A DNA stretch of 64,000 nt from an uncultured Verrucomicrobiae bacterium (GCA_963836755.1 CAWIKF010000002.1:2048001-2112000), one strand, 5' to 3'. Positions 9,297 through 19,827 are shown, counted from the stretch's first letter. The notes: generated from the letters alone by a model not told the origin. A program made the numbers and translations.

Positions 9297-10857
9297 CTCT
9301 CAAAAGACGATTTGCCGGATCATCATACCAGCAATGAAACATCAGAATATCTCCATCACGGACTGCGGAAACTAGTTCGTCTTTGCGTTGATCGATAGGC
9401 CCACCAGGAGCATAGATCACGCTGAAGGCTTGAGGATAAACCGAACGAACATCGGCCGGAGTCTGCGCCACTCCTCTCTGCACAAAGGAGTTGTAAGGCG
9501 CCGTCATTGTATAGTAGCGAAGGTTCTTGTGCTCCGGGATGAGCAGCACATCTGGAAAAGCCTTCGCCACCTTCGCGAAGATATCTGCCGACATCGGGAC
9601 ATTTGGGTCTCCATTCGAATCGATATAGAAAAGGGTGCATCCCCATTGCTTTCTAGCGTAAGCGATTTTCTCGATAAGAGTGGCGGCTGGATCATTTACG
9701 GCTTTTTGGAAGGCCTTGGCACCATGCTCATCCGTCACAAAGCGTTGCGGGCGAAGGCAGACTCCGACACGAAGGCCAGCGGCTGCGAATTTCGCAAAAA
9801 ACTCATTCACGCAGGCATGCATTTCCGGCGGGAGAAAGCGAGGATCTCCGACATAGCTGACCGGGTGCGGAAACTGCTCGCCTTCGACGTCCCAGACGAT
9901 GACTCCTTGGGCACCCATGTGGTCAGCGATGCGTATACTGTCTTTCGCGTATCGCATTAATCTTGTGCGGAACGCAGCTATCCCGGCTTCGCCTTGGAAA
10001 TCCAGTAATGACTCGTAGAACCATCCGCGCGGATTTGACGGAGATGCCGCCTCGTGACTGCAAAGAAAGAGCGCGCCGATAGGTCTCCGATCCGCCCATT
10101 TTAGTCGGAACGGATAGGCTTCATTAAACTTCTGATAGATATCTGCAGCAACATTACGCGCGGCAACTCCCGACGAAGCAAAACGCAACGACAGCCGGTA
10201 ATGATCTTGTCCTCCGGGCGCGATGGGTCGGCAAATCACAGAGTCGAGGAGTGGTGAAAGCCAGCCAATGTTCATTGAACTCACCCAGAGCGGCCGTTCG
10301 GTGACGGAAAGCCGGCCCGGAAATCCTAAAAGGAGAGGTCGTTCGATCTCTTCGTTACAGACTGCCACTTCGCCAGCGCCGAAATCTACTACGTCGACCG
10401 AGGGCTCGCCGACATTGCTCACAAGATGAGGAAAATTCAGCACCCAACCCTTCGGAATTTGCGGCCAGTCAAAGTCCATTAACTGGAGAGAAATTCCTCG
10501 AAGAATTTGTTTCGAGTTATTCTGGACGCCGACGACCATATCGAGCCTGTCCGAATCGGGCTTGTAGGAACAGGTTACTGTCCCCCACGGATACGTTTGT
10601 TTTATCGTTTCACTCGCCGCATCGAAAGCCGTCTCTTTTTTCTCGGGATCTGCTGTGATGATCTTCCCGCTGGAGTCACAAAATTGCGCGTCAACTACGG
10701 AAAAGTCTCCATTTTTCAATAGCTCGGAACCTTTCCAACGCAACGACTCCAGACCTTTCTCGCCGAGTTTGACGGCGAGTCCATCGGCGGATCCCGTGAA
10801 AGGCACTGCGAGAAAAAACGCCAGCCATCCACTGCAAATCAGCCTGCTTAAGGACAT
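9271..10857 (-). CDS. Secreted hypothetical protein, possible glycoside hydrolase-like (beta-sandwich plus TIM barrel)
   Basis: 528-aa ORF with a signal-peptide-like N-terminus. The C-terminal half alternates beta/alpha segments (GVIVWD, GLRVGVCLRP, FYIDS, LLIPEH). Confidence 0.6.
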   Translation of the reverse strand: MSLSRLICSGWLAFFLAVPFTGSADGLAVKLGEKGLESLRWKGSELLKNGDFSVVDAQFCDSSGKIITADPEKKETAFDAASETIKQTYPWGTVTCSYKPDSDRLDMVVGVQNNSKQILRGISLQLMDFDWPQIPKGWVLNFPHLVSNVGEPSVDVVDFGAGEVAVCNEEIERPLLLGFPGRLSVTERPLWVSSMNIGWLSPLLDSVICRPIAPGGQDHYRLSLRFASSGVAARNVAADIYQKFNEAYPFRLKWADRRPIGALFLCSHEAASPSNPRGWFYESLLDFQGEAGIAAFRTRLMRYAKDSIRIADHMGAQGVIVWDVEGEQFPHPVSYVGDPRFLPPEMHACVNEFFAKFAAAGLRVGVCLRPQRFVTDEHGAKAFQKAVNDPAATLIEKIAYARKQWGCTLFYIDSNGDPNVPMSADIFAKVAKAFPDVLLIPEHKNLRYYTMTAPYNSFVQRGVAQTPADVRSVYPQAFSVIYAPGGPIDQRKDELVSAVRDGDILMFHCWYDDPANRLLRAIYQQGRR

Positions 10858-10943
10858 TCCGGAGGATTAGCAGGCTTCGAGGAAAAACCAATGTGGAAAA
10901 CTTTAGACGGAGGCATGATCCCGGCTACTATTCTGTCAGAACG

Positions 10944-12149
10944 ATGAAAACGATCTGCTGCCAACTCGGAGCGCGTGAGCATTACGCGATCCCGCGCGCG
11001 CTGCATGCATCGCAGTCTCTTCACAGCATGATTACCGACGCGTGGATCCGTCCCGATTCCGTCTTCACAAAGCTTCCCTTCACCCCCCGCGGTCTCATCG
11101 AACGATACGAATCGGCACTTGCTACGGCAAACGTTAGCGCCTTCACCAACTCGTTGCTCCGGTTTGAAGCTAAACAGACTCTTCTGCGTCGCGCCGGATG
11201 GAGTAGGATTATTGCGCGGAACGGCTGGTTTCAGAACAAAGCCCTAAAGGCTTTACGAGACGCCGCTCAAGATGGGCTGACGCTGTTCACATATAGCTAT
11301 GCAGGATTGAAGCTGTTGCGCTACGCGAAGGAGCGCAACTGGCGAACCGTCCTCAGCCAAATCGATGCTGGGCCAGTCGCTGATGAAGTCGTAAAATCCG
11401 AGTATGCAAAAAACTGCCGTTTCGGGATGCGACAGAACTCGCCTCCGAAGGCGTATTGGGAAGCATGGCGGGAAGAGTGCACGCTGGCAGATCGGATCGT
11501 CGTAAATTCCGACTGGTCTTCGGAGGCGTTGAAGCAAGTCGGCGTCCCATCAGGAAAGCTTGCGGTCATTCCGCTCGCGTTCGATCCGACTTCAGAAATG
11601 CAAAACTTTCAGAGGCGCTATCCTGCTGCCTTTTCAGCGCAGAGGCCCATGCGAGTGCTATTCTTGGGAAGTATCACTTTGGAAAAGGGACTTGCTGCGT
11701 TGCTTGATGCCGCGAAGATGGTCGCGAGCGAGGCTATCGAGTTCTGGATGGTGGGCGACGCGACGCCTGGCATACCTTCGGAGTTTCTGAATTCGCCTCG
11801 CTTCCGCTGGTTCGGAAAGGTAAACAGAAGTTGCGTCCACGAATTCTACCGCGACGCCGATACATTCCTTTTTCCGACGCTGTCGGATGGGTTTGGCATG
11901 ACCCAATTGGAAGCCCAAGCCTGGAAACTACCGGTCATTGCTTCGAAATTCTGCGGAGAAGTGGTAAACGACGACATTAATGGCTTTCGACTTCCTGAGG
12001 TCACCGGCACCGCTATAGCGACAATATTGATGCAATGCTATCGCAAGCCGGAGTTACTGGAAGCATTAGCCAGCGCCAGCGGTATAGCCGATAAATTTTC
12101 ACTCGATTTCCTCTCGAAGAGATTAACTTCAGAACTATCCAATGATTAG
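10944..12149 (+). CDS. Glycosyltransferase family 4
   Basis: QLGAREHY, FLGSITLEKG and FPTLSDGFGMTQLEA motifs. Start set at ATG 10944. Confidence 0.88.
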   Translation: MKTICCQLGAREHYAIPRALHASQSLHSMITDAWIRPDSVFTKLPFTPRGLIERYESALATANVSAFTNSLLRFEAKQTLLRRAGWSRIIARNGWFQNKALKALRDAAQDGLTLFTYSYAGLKLLRYAKERNWRTVLSQIDAGPVADEVVKSEYAKNCRFGMRQNSPPKAYWEAWREECTLADRIVVNSDWSSEALKQVGVPSGKLAVIPLAFDPTSEMQNFQRRYPAAFSAQRPMRVLFLGSITLEKGLAALLDAAKMVASEAIEFWMVGDATPGIPSEFLNSPRFRWFGKVNRSCVHEFYRDADTFLFPTLSDGFGMTQLEAQAWKLPVIASKFCGEVVNDDINGFRLPEVTGTAIATILMQCYRKPELLEALASASGIADKFSLDFLSKRLTSELSND

Positions 12150-13509
12150 CTGGGCGTGGATCGCGATTGCGCAAGGAACTCTCATAGCTGCCAGCATTTG
12201 GTGGCTCTGGAAGCGGAACGATGAGTTTTTAACGATCGTCAACGTGATGATCGCGTATTTTTCTTCCTACCGATTCTACGCTGTGCATCACCTGCAGCTT
12301 GGCTGGATTGACCTCGCGAACTTTAGCGTGCCGCCGATCACCGACGCAAAGGCATTGCTAGCATTGAACTTCATTTTCCTAGGTCAGACCGCGCTATGTC
12401 TCGCATATGCTACTGCGCAAAATAAGACGATCGCACTCCTGAAGCCAGAGATCAGCCCGACCATCGTGAAATGGCTGCGGCCAAAGATAATGTGGCTTGG
12501 CTTCATCAGTCTGCCCGTGGTCGTTTTTGTCAAAGCCTATGTGGACAGGCAGCTCGAGAACGGCGTAATGCAGGCCTATGGCATGTCAGCATACCTTTAT
12601 CAGTTTCCACTCATGCTGCTGGGCCTTGTGACTTTGCTGATCGCGCTCTGGCGTCTGGGAGGTTTGCCGTCGCGGAAGCATCAGCTCTTTCTCCTGGTTT
12701 TCATCGCTGGCGTCGCATGGCTTACTTATGGACCAGAGGGTAGGTTTCAGTTCCTCGGATGGATGGCTGCTGCCAGCATAGTGTTGGGATCGACAATGAC
12801 TTTCAAAAGTAAGCTGCTGATGGCAGGAGTCGCGGGCGCATTGATGCTAGGGATGTTTACCTTTGCCGGGGCTATGAGAGACTTCGATTCAGATCAGCGC
12901 AATGAAGCGATGTTCGCGCGCGCCATCGCTGCCGAGGATGCGAATATGCTAGACGGCTTTGTCATATCCGCGATGCCTTACGGCACTTTGTTTCCCTACC
13001 GTTACGGAGGGGAGCATCTAGGCGTGCTGCTTCGCATCATTCCTCGGGCATGGTGGCCAGACAAGCCAATCAGCGGCGGAGACTTTGCCCGCATCTATGG
13101 GCTCAATGACCCTGGCAATAATTTCACGCTCGGTTTTTCACCTTCCTTGTTCGGCTCTTTCTATATCGAAGGCGGCGCAATTGGGATTATCCTATTTTCG
13201 ATTATCTACGGCCTTGGGGCTGGGAAGCTCATGGCATTTAGTCAAAAGGTGAAACCTTTCGCGGGCGTCATCATGCGAGCTGTGCTTTGCGCTTCTTGCA
13301 TTCCTTTGCTTCGCGGCGGAGATCTCGCCGGCATTTACGCATGGATTGGCATGGCTTTTTGGCCGTGCTTCGGCACGTGCTGGTTCCTGAGAGAAGAAAT
13401 GGGGTTCGTTCACGCTAAGCCGCAAAGATTCTCTCCGATTCATCGACGCCGCCGTTCCGCGGCCGGCCGCGTCTACGCATCCTGTGGTTGCTGCGAATAC
13501 TTCAGTTGA
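12142..13509 (+). CDS. Wzy-like polysaccharide polymerase
   Basis: About 10-11 hydrophobic segments, IPRAWWPDKP and FGSFYIEGG loop motifs, located among GTs. Confidence 0.7.
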   Translation: MISWAWIAIAQGTLIAASIWWLWKRNDEFLTIVNVMIAYFSSYRFYAVHHLQLGWIDLANFSVPPITDAKALLALNFIFLGQTALCLAYATAQNKTIALLKPEISPTIVKWLRPKIMWLGFISLPVVVFVKAYVDRQLENGVMQAYGMSAYLYQFPLMLLGLVTLLIALWRLGGLPSRKHQLFLLVFIAGVAWLTYGPEGRFQFLGWMAAASIVLGSTMTFKSKLLMAGVAGALMLGMFTFAGAMRDFDSDQRNEAMFARAIAAEDANMLDGFVISAMPYGTLFPYRYGGEHLGVLLRIIPRAWWPDKPISGGDFARIYGLNDPGNNFTLGFSPSLFGSFYIEGGAIGIILFSIIYGLGAGKLMAFSQKVKPFAGVIMRAVLCASCIPLLRGGDLAGIYAWIGMAFWPCFGTCWFLREEMGFVHAKPQRFSPIHRRRRSAAGRVYASCGCCEYFS

Positions 13510-13529
13510 AGCTAAGGTTCCCAAAACTC

Positions 13530-14768
13530 ATGCACGTCGCCGTTGTATTTGAAAACATCGGCGGTTATCACGCTGCACGGTTGCTTGCGGCCTATCAAAT
13601 GTGCCAGAAGCGCGGATGGGAAATGACAGCTATTCAAATCACAGATCATCAAGGACAACATCCATGGGGAAAAATAGAGTCCTTGGGCTTTCCTGTTAGA
13701 ACCGTTCATTCTTCCCCTGATGGAAAACGAGAAACCCATGAGCGCCTTGGCCAGAGCGGAAAACTCCTCAAAAGTTTGCTCGATTCCCTCGGGCCTAATG
13801 TGGTAGCGATTCCCGGTTGGGGCTTTGATTATTCCCGCGCGGCATTGACCTGGTGCCGCCGCAACCGGGCCCGTGCAGTATTGATGAGTGAAAGTAAACA
13901 AGATGACGAGCGGCGAACGCCTTGGAAGGAGTGGCTAAAGAAGCAGTTGTTCGTCCGCTTCTTTTCCTCCGCAGTAGTAGGAGCGAAAAGTCATCAGCAA
14001 TACCTTTCCAAGCTAGGAATGAAGGACACGCAGATTTTTTTTGGCTATGACGTGGTAGATAACGATTACTTCGCCAAAGCCGCCAAACTTGCTCGCGACA
14101 AGAGCGGGATGACACGCTTGCAATCTCTTGGCATTCCTAAGCGGCCATACTTCCTTGCGATGACACGGTTGATTCCGCGTAAAAATGTGGAGCGCCTTGT
14201 CTCCGCCTTCTCTTCCTATCGGACTGACGCAAAAGTTGACGCTCCGTGGGATCTTGTCATCTGCGGAAGTGGCATCCAGGAGAAGGTTATTCGCGAGGTG
14301 ATTCAAGCGAATGGCCTGGATTCCTTCGTGCATCTTCCCGGTTTTATTCCGTATGAACATGTCGGCGCCTGGTATGGTTTGGCGTCCGCTTTCATTCATC
14401 CTGCCATGCAAGAACAGTGGGGACTGGTTATCAACGAAGCATGCGCAGCCTCCCTCCCGATTTTATGCAGCCGCACAGTCGGTGCAGCTTCAGAACTAGT
14501 TCGTGAAGGAACGAACGGATATCTTTTTGATCCATTGGACACAGGAGCGATCGCCTACGCACTAGTAAAGATGCATCAGCTTTCGGAAGACGAACGCCTC
14601 CAGATGGGAGAAAGCAGCGCGCGAATAGTGGCGCAATTTACGCCGCAGCACTTTGCTGAAGGATTAATGCAAGCCATTGCTACTGGATCCATAAGCCTCG
14701 ATGCTTCATCGACTGTTTCAGCTCCACATTCAGACGGTTCGGTTTTATCTTACGATAGCAAAAGCTAA
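13530..14768 (+). CDS. Glycosyltransferase family 4
   Basis: GGYHAARL, VVDND, RLIPRKN and EQWGLVINEA motifs. Start set at ATG 13530. Confidence 0.88.
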   Translation: MHVAVVFENIGGYHAARLLAAYQMCQKRGWEMTAIQITDHQGQHPWGKIESLGFPVRTVHSSPDGKRETHERLGQSGKLLKSLLDSLGPNVVAIPGWGFDYSRAALTWCRRNRARAVLMSESKQDDERRTPWKEWLKKQLFVRFFSSAVVGAKSHQQYLSKLGMKDTQIFFGYDVVDNDYFAKAAKLARDKSGMTRLQSLGIPKRPYFLAMTRLIPRKNVERLVSAFSSYRTDAKVDAPWDLVICGSGIQEKVIREVIQANGLDSFVHLPGFIPYEHVGAWYGLASAFIHPAMQEQWGLVINEACAASLPILCSRTVGAASELVREGTNGYLFDPLDTGAIAYALVKMHQLSEDERLQMGESSARIVAQFTPQHFAEGLMQAIATGSISLDASSTVSAPHSDGSVLSYDSKS

Positions 14769-14791
14769 CATTACCTCTGCACGACTCTGAC

Positions 14792-15964
14792 ATGCGCGTG
14801 ACTACTTTGACGCCGAGCTTGAGCAGAGCTGGAGGGGGAGTATCCGAAAGTGCGCGTCGGCTGGCGCAGTCACTTGGAGATCAAGCGGGTATCGAGATCA
14901 ATGTGTTGGGGTTGAAGGATCGATACATGCAAGAGGATCTGACTTTATGGACTCCGTTGAGGCCAACTGGATGCGCAGTCATGGGGCCTGCGGCATTTGG
15001 CTATTCTCCGGAGATGAAGCAAGGTCTGGAAGCAAGCGATCCTGATCTTATTCACGTGCACGGCCTATGGATGTATCCCTCTGTGATTGCAGCACACAGG
15101 GCTGCCGGGACAGGAAAACCGAACGTCGTTACTGTGCACGGTATGCTGGAACCATGGGCATTGAAGAATGCGCGGCTCAAGAAATCGATTGCCGCACACT
15201 TATACGAGAATCGCCACCTCCGAGGAGCGGCATGCGTTCACGCACTTTGTGTGCAAGAGGCACAAACTATTCGAGCATACGGCTTAAAGAATCCAGTATG
15301 TCTTATTCCCAATGGCGTAGATCTGCCGGTCAAGAGGAACCCTATGCCTCCCCCTTGGAAAGAGAAGTTCTCCAGCGAAAATGTTCTTCTCTACTTGGGC
15401 AGAATTCACCCAAAGAAGGGAGTCATGACGCTATTACGGAGTTGGCGTATTTTGAAAACGAGAAACAGAGCTGAACTTCAAAAATGGCGGCTCGTCATTG
15501 CCGGTTGGGATCAAGGAGGGCACGAGAACGAGTTGAAAGCTTTGTGCTCTGGCCTTGATATGGATGAAGAAGTCTTTTTTGCAGGGCCAATGTTTGGCGC
15601 TGAAAAATCCTCGGCGTTGCAGAGCGCGGCCGCCTTTGTCCTTCCGTCGTTGAGTGAAGGACTGCCATTGGTGGTGCTGGAGGCTTGGTCGCACGGGTTG
15701 CCAGCAGTGATGACGCCCGCTTGTAACCTGCCTGAGGGCTTTGAGTCTTCCGCGGCTATACGCGTAGAGCCGGAACCGGAAAGTCTGGCGCAAGGACTAC
15801 TCGCACTCGTTCAAATGACGGTAGAAGAACGCCGCGAGATGGGTGAGCGCGGGAAGCGCCTGGTCATGCAGCGATTTCTTTGGCCAAAAGTTGCTGACAA
15901 GATGAGAGCCGTTTATGATTGGCTGCTCGGCTGCGCGCCGAAGCCCGAATGCATCTTTGACTAG
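14792..15964 (+). CDS. Glycosyltransferase family 4
   Basis: HVHGLW, HGML, PNGV, GRIHPKKG and SEGLPLVVLEAW motifs. Confidence 0.9.
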   Translation: MRVTTLTPSLSRAGGGVSESARRLAQSLGDQAGIEINVLGLKDRYMQEDLTLWTPLRPTGCAVMGPAAFGYSPEMKQGLEASDPDLIHVHGLWMYPSVIAAHRAAGTGKPNVVTVHGMLEPWALKNARLKKSIAAHLYENRHLRGAACVHALCVQEAQTIRAYGLKNPVCLIPNGVDLPVKRNPMPPPWKEKFSSENVLLYLGRIHPKKGVMTLLRSWRILKTRNRAELQKWRLVIAGWDQGGHENELKALCSGLDMDEEVFFAGPMFGAEKSSALQSAAAFVLPSLSEGLPLVVLEAWSHGLPAVMTPACNLPEGFESSAAIRVEPEPESLAQGLLALVQMTVEERREMGERGKRLVMQRFLWPKVADKMRAVYDWLLGCAPKPECIFD

Positions 15965-15970
15965 GACCCG

Positions 15971-16988
15971 ATGAATCGATCCCGACACCGTCTCCGGAGC
16001 ATAGTTAGGTATCTAGTTCTTCCACTAGTTCTGCTTCTTACTGTGTCGGATCTATTACTTCGATTCGTCTGGGGATTTGGAACGCCGCCCTTGCTGGTCA
16101 AGGATTCGGCGAGCGGTTACTTCTACAAGGCAGACCAGAAGGTCTGGCGCTTTGGCCATCTCATAAAAATCAATCATTTTCATCAGCGTTCGGATGATGT
16201 TGCTCCAACGCCTTCTCATTCGACTTTGCGCCTCCTGTTCGTTGGAGATTCAGTTACTTTTGGAGGAGCTCTGCTGGACCAGAAGCAGATCTACACGGAA
16301 CTCGTTAAGGATCGTCTCCGACAGACTCTCAAGCAACCAGTCGAAGTTTTGAATGCATCCACTGGTGCGTGGAATCCAGGGAACGAATGGGGATATATGG
16401 AAACGCAGGGCACTTTTGGCAGTAAGATTGTTGTGCTGCAGATCGGTTCTCACGATTTGTTGAAAGGTAAGACTCCATCTGACTTTGTCGGCACCGATCC
16501 GGACATGCCTGATCATGCTCCGGCCTGTGCCTTGAGTGAGCTTCTCTTTCGCTATCTCATTCCCCGGATTCAAGGGATATGAACATCCTGCCGCGGCAGA
16601 TACCCCACCCTATGCAGGACCTCCAACGGACGTCGAAAAGTCTTTCGAAGGTAATATGCGGTGCGTTTTCAACGAAGTAGATATGGCGCGCAAGTCTGGA
16701 GCGAATGTGTCTGTGATCCATACTGCCGATCGCAATGAGGTAACCCCAGTGGATGGACAACCGTTGGTTGAAGCCTATGCGCCTTGGAGGGCTCGTTTTC
16801 TCGTTCTATGTGAGAAGCAGAATGTCCCGGTATTGAACCTCGCAGAGCAATGGAAAGGCAAACCGGAAGCAGCAACATACTACCGCGACGTTGTCCATCT
16901 AACCGCTGCCGGCAACAGAGAAGTCGCCGACGCCTATCTTAATTTCTTTGAAGAGCAGCGGAGGAAGGATTCGGCGCTTGCGAAATGA
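15971..16988 (+). pseudogene. SGNH/GDSL hydrolase (polysaccharide acetylation/deacetylation type) split by a single-base frameshift
   Basis: Block I GDSVTFG and block III IGSHD are in 15971-16582. Block V DVVHLTAAGN is in the +1 frame ending at 16988. Confidence 0.75.
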
Positions 16989-17012
16989 CTTTGACCCCGG
17001 TCGCGGGCTAGC

Positions 17013-19058
17013 CTACGCCGCGTAATACTTCGGATAACGGTAATAGTAATAGTCGGGCATCTCGGTATCGATGCAGTTGAGGATTAGCCCAAGGACATTT
17101 ACCTGACGCTGGTAGAGAGCGTTCATCGAATTATGAACGAGGCGAGCCGAAGTAAATTGGGCGCGGATTACCATCAGTGCGCCATCAAAGTTCGGCGCGA
17201 TGGAAGCGGTGTCATCGGTTGCCAGAATCGGAGAAGTGTTGAAAATCACAAGATCGAAGGCAGTTTTCCATTCCGCAAGCAAGCTCTCCAGCTTCGAATC
17301 GAGCAATAGGTCGCTGGATTGATTTGTCACCGGTCCGCGAGGGATGAGTGTCAGTGCTGGGTAAGGAGTAGTCTTTGCGACATTCTTCCACGAGATTTCG
17401 TCCCGGAGGATGTTCGAAAGTCCGAGCCGGCCATCCGTTTCAAAAAGAGACGCTAGATCGCCGCGGCGCAGATCCGCGTCGATCAAAAGGACGCGGGTGC
17501 CGGCGAGGGCCATCGTAATGGCAAGGTTGCTCGCGATTGTCGATTTTCCCTCACCGGGAATCGAGCTGGTGACAAGGACCGTCTTTAATTGAATCTGGTT
17601 CGGGAGAAAAATCAGGGATGATCGCAAGCTCCGAAAAGCTTCTGAGAAAGTGTAACGCGGATCGTCTTCCTGCAACAAGGGCAGCCCGCTCGCAATACGG
17701 CTATCGTTGACGTCGGGAATTTGTCCGAGGATGGATTCAGAGAACTGCTCCATCACTTCGGTCGATGAATTAAAGCGATCGTCAGCGCGGTCAATGACTG
17801 CGAGAACAACGCCTCCGAGTAACAAACCCCCGAGCAATCCAATCGCCATATGCTTCAGCGCGCCAGGGCTGACCTGTTCCGGCGTGGTTGCCGTCTGCAT
17901 GATTTGCACGTTTGTCTGGTCAATGCCTTTGCCCAAATCCAACTCGCGCACGCTGGTAACCAGCTTTTCGTAGAGACTGTTGGTGCGGGTGGCGGCATCT
18001 TTTAACCGCTGGTATTCGGCATCTTTAGTGCTGGCTTCCATTACCTTCCCGTCCCAGTCTTTGATGCTCGTATCAAGGCTCGCAAGATCGGCCTTGATCG
18101 CGTCGATGCGCATCGCTGCATTCTGCCGCGTCTGGTCTTTAATCGTTGCCAGAAGGCGCTCGAGGCTCGCAATGTCCTCTTGCATTTCCTTAAGCTTCGG
18201 ATGCTCAGGCTTCCAAATTTTACTGCGCTCAGCGAGCTCTGCTTTCTTTTGAATAAGTTCCTGTGATTTGAGCGTATATTGCTGGTTGAAATCGTTCGCT
18301 GCGGCAGACTCCGTTACCCCAGCGTCGGGCGGCGCCGTCAACAGCTGATCGCTGCTCAGATTTTGAAGGCGCTGCATCTCCGTGATGAGGTTTGCCTGCT
18401 TGGTCTTGAGGTCGGATAGATACTTTGCTGACGTTCTCCCCTGCTCTTCCCAGAACGCCATGTTGTTTTTCTTGATGAAGTCTTGAACCTCAGCTTCGCG
18501 TTCATCGCGCTCTTTGCCCAAGCGGGTAAGTTCACTGCCAAATTGGTTCATCGCCGAGCCCATGGCATCTCCGGCCTTGGCTTGTTTGAAGTTGAGAAAC
18601 TCGGTCATGACCGCGTCAACAAAGCGCTGAGTGTATGCTGCGTTCACGCCGCGCCCTGTTACCGAAAGGATACTTGTGCGAGGCGCCAGAGCCGGAACTA
18701 CTTTGACTTTGCACGGATGCAGATCGGGTGCTTCCAACGCCACTCTCCTGCGCGCGTTGTCCTGGACTTCGGCATTTTCCAGCAGATGAATCTGCGTTCC
18801 GTAGAAGCCATCCTCCTGCTCACGGTATTGCGCACCTTCGGGAATTTTGATGCCGCCGCTGATCATCAACATTCCGACAGACTCATAAGTCGTCGGTTCG
18901 GAAAAAACGATCCAACCTTCACACGCGAGCCCGAGACCTACAGTCAGCAGAAGCAGCCACCAGCGACGCTTCAGCAAACTTTTATAGCGATAATACTTCA
19001 GGCTGAAGCGCGTGGCCCAATTACGTGAAGGTGGCAGAGGAACAATTTCGGCTTCCAT
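17013..19058 (-). CDS. wzc: Polysaccharide co-polymerase / BY-kinase (Wzc)
   Basis: Two TM segments flanking a coiled-coil, Walker A PGEGKS, LIDADLRR, and a C-terminal Tyr cluster YYYYRYPKYY. Confidence 0.92.
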   Translation of the reverse strand: MEAEIVPLPPSRNWATRFSLKYYRYKSLLKRRWWLLLLTVGLGLACEGWIVFSEPTTYESVGMLMISGGIKIPEGAQYREQEDGFYGTQIHLLENAEVQDNARRRVALEAPDLHPCKVKVVPALAPRTSILSVTGRGVNAAYTQRFVDAVMTEFLNFKQAKAGDAMGSAMNQFGSELTRLGKERDEREAEVQDFIKKNNMAFWEEQGRTSAKYLSDLKTKQANLITEMQRLQNLSSDQLLTAPPDAGVTESAAANDFNQQYTLKSQELIQKKAELAERSKIWKPEHPKLKEMQEDIASLERLLATIKDQTRQNAAMRIDAIKADLASLDTSIKDWDGKVMEASTKDAEYQRLKDAATRTNSLYEKLVTSVRELDLGKGIDQTNVQIMQTATTPEQVSPGALKHMAIGLLGGLLLGGVVLAVIDRADDRFNSSTEVMEQFSESILGQIPDVNDSRIASGLPLLQEDDPRYTFSEAFRSLRSSLIFLPNQIQLKTVLVTSSIPGEGKSTIASNLAITMALAGTRVLLIDADLRRGDLASLFETDGRLGLSNILRDEISWKNVAKTTPYPALTLIPRGPVTNQSSDLLLDSKLESLLAEWKTAFDLVIFNTSPILATDDTASIAPNFDGALMVIRAQFTSARLVHNSMNALYQRQVNVLGLILNCIDTEMPDYYYYRYPKYYAA

Positions 19059-19063
19059 GACTG

Positions 19064-19816
19064 TTAGAAATTGATGAGCTTCTGCGGGACGTAAATGTAG
19101 TCGCCATCCTGCACTTCCACGTCGAGTTCCGCCCGACCTTTCTCAAGCACCGCGCCGATATCGATTTTTTTGTTTTCGGTGGTCTTGGCTCCCTTTCGCG
19201 TGAGGCGCACTCGCGCTTTATCCGCAAACTGCGCAAAACCGCCTGCCTTGATGATCACTGCACTGACAGTCAACCTTTCGCCGGGAAAAAGATCCTGCGG
19301 CCCTGGCTGCTTCACGAGACCTGACACATAGACTTTTCCTAGAGAACGACCTATTGCTCGTTGATCAATGCCGAGCTTGACTGTGGCTTTGTAGTAATAC
19401 TTTGATTCCAGTAGCTTCTTCGCCTCAAGCGCAACGGTATCGCACGTGCGATTCAATGCGGGAACGCGACCTACATAAGGAATATCGAGTTCGCCGCTAT
19501 CTGTGACGCGGAGTTTGACGGGTGTGTCGCGATCTTCCTGGATGGAAAAGGTGACGATGTCACCCACTCCCAATGGAGTCTCGCGATCGACGGCCATGGC
19601 CGGCGCAACCTGACCCGCGGCGGGCCATTGCGAGGGCGCGAGGGGTTGCGCGAATTGAGCGCTATTTTCCGGCGGCTGAGCCGTGGCGGTTACTGCCGGA
19701 TTTCCGAAACGAGGACGCGCGGCATCAAGATTCGCCGACTGTGCAACGCAGTGGGTCTGTGCGATTCCAGCGAGAGCAGCGAAGAAGCATGTTAGGATTG
19801 CACAGAATTTCGTCAT
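19064..19816 (-). CDS. wza: Polysaccharide export protein, short Wza/OPX (Poly_export plus one SLBB)
   Basis: LGVGDIV, DSGELDIPYVG, VYVSGLVKQPG, AGGFAQFA and DGDYIYVP motifs. Confidence 0.85.
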   Translation of the reverse strand: MTKFCAILTCFFAALAGIAQTHCVAQSANLDAARPRFGNPAVTATAQPPENSAQFAQPLAPSQWPAAGQVAPAMAVDRETPLGVGDIVTFSIQEDRDTPVKLRVTDSGELDIPYVGRVPALNRTCDTVALEAKKLLESKYYYKATVKLGIDQRAIGRSLGKVYVSGLVKQPGPQDLFPGERLTVSAVIIKAGGFAQFADKARVRLTRKGAKTTENKKIDIGAVLEKGRAELDVEVQDGDYIYVPQKLINF

Positions 19817-19827
19817 CAAGCAGGACC

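Noticed and set aside
10911..10926. Additional GG-N10-GC matches (10912; 33067)
   Set aside because: The flanking bases fit the sigma54 consensus poorly and such matches are expected by chance in GC-rich DNA.
13400..13509. Odd Arg/Cys-rich Wzy tail as a frameshift
   Set aside because: The membrane domain appears complete and there is no missing motif in another frame, so a frameshift cannot be supported.
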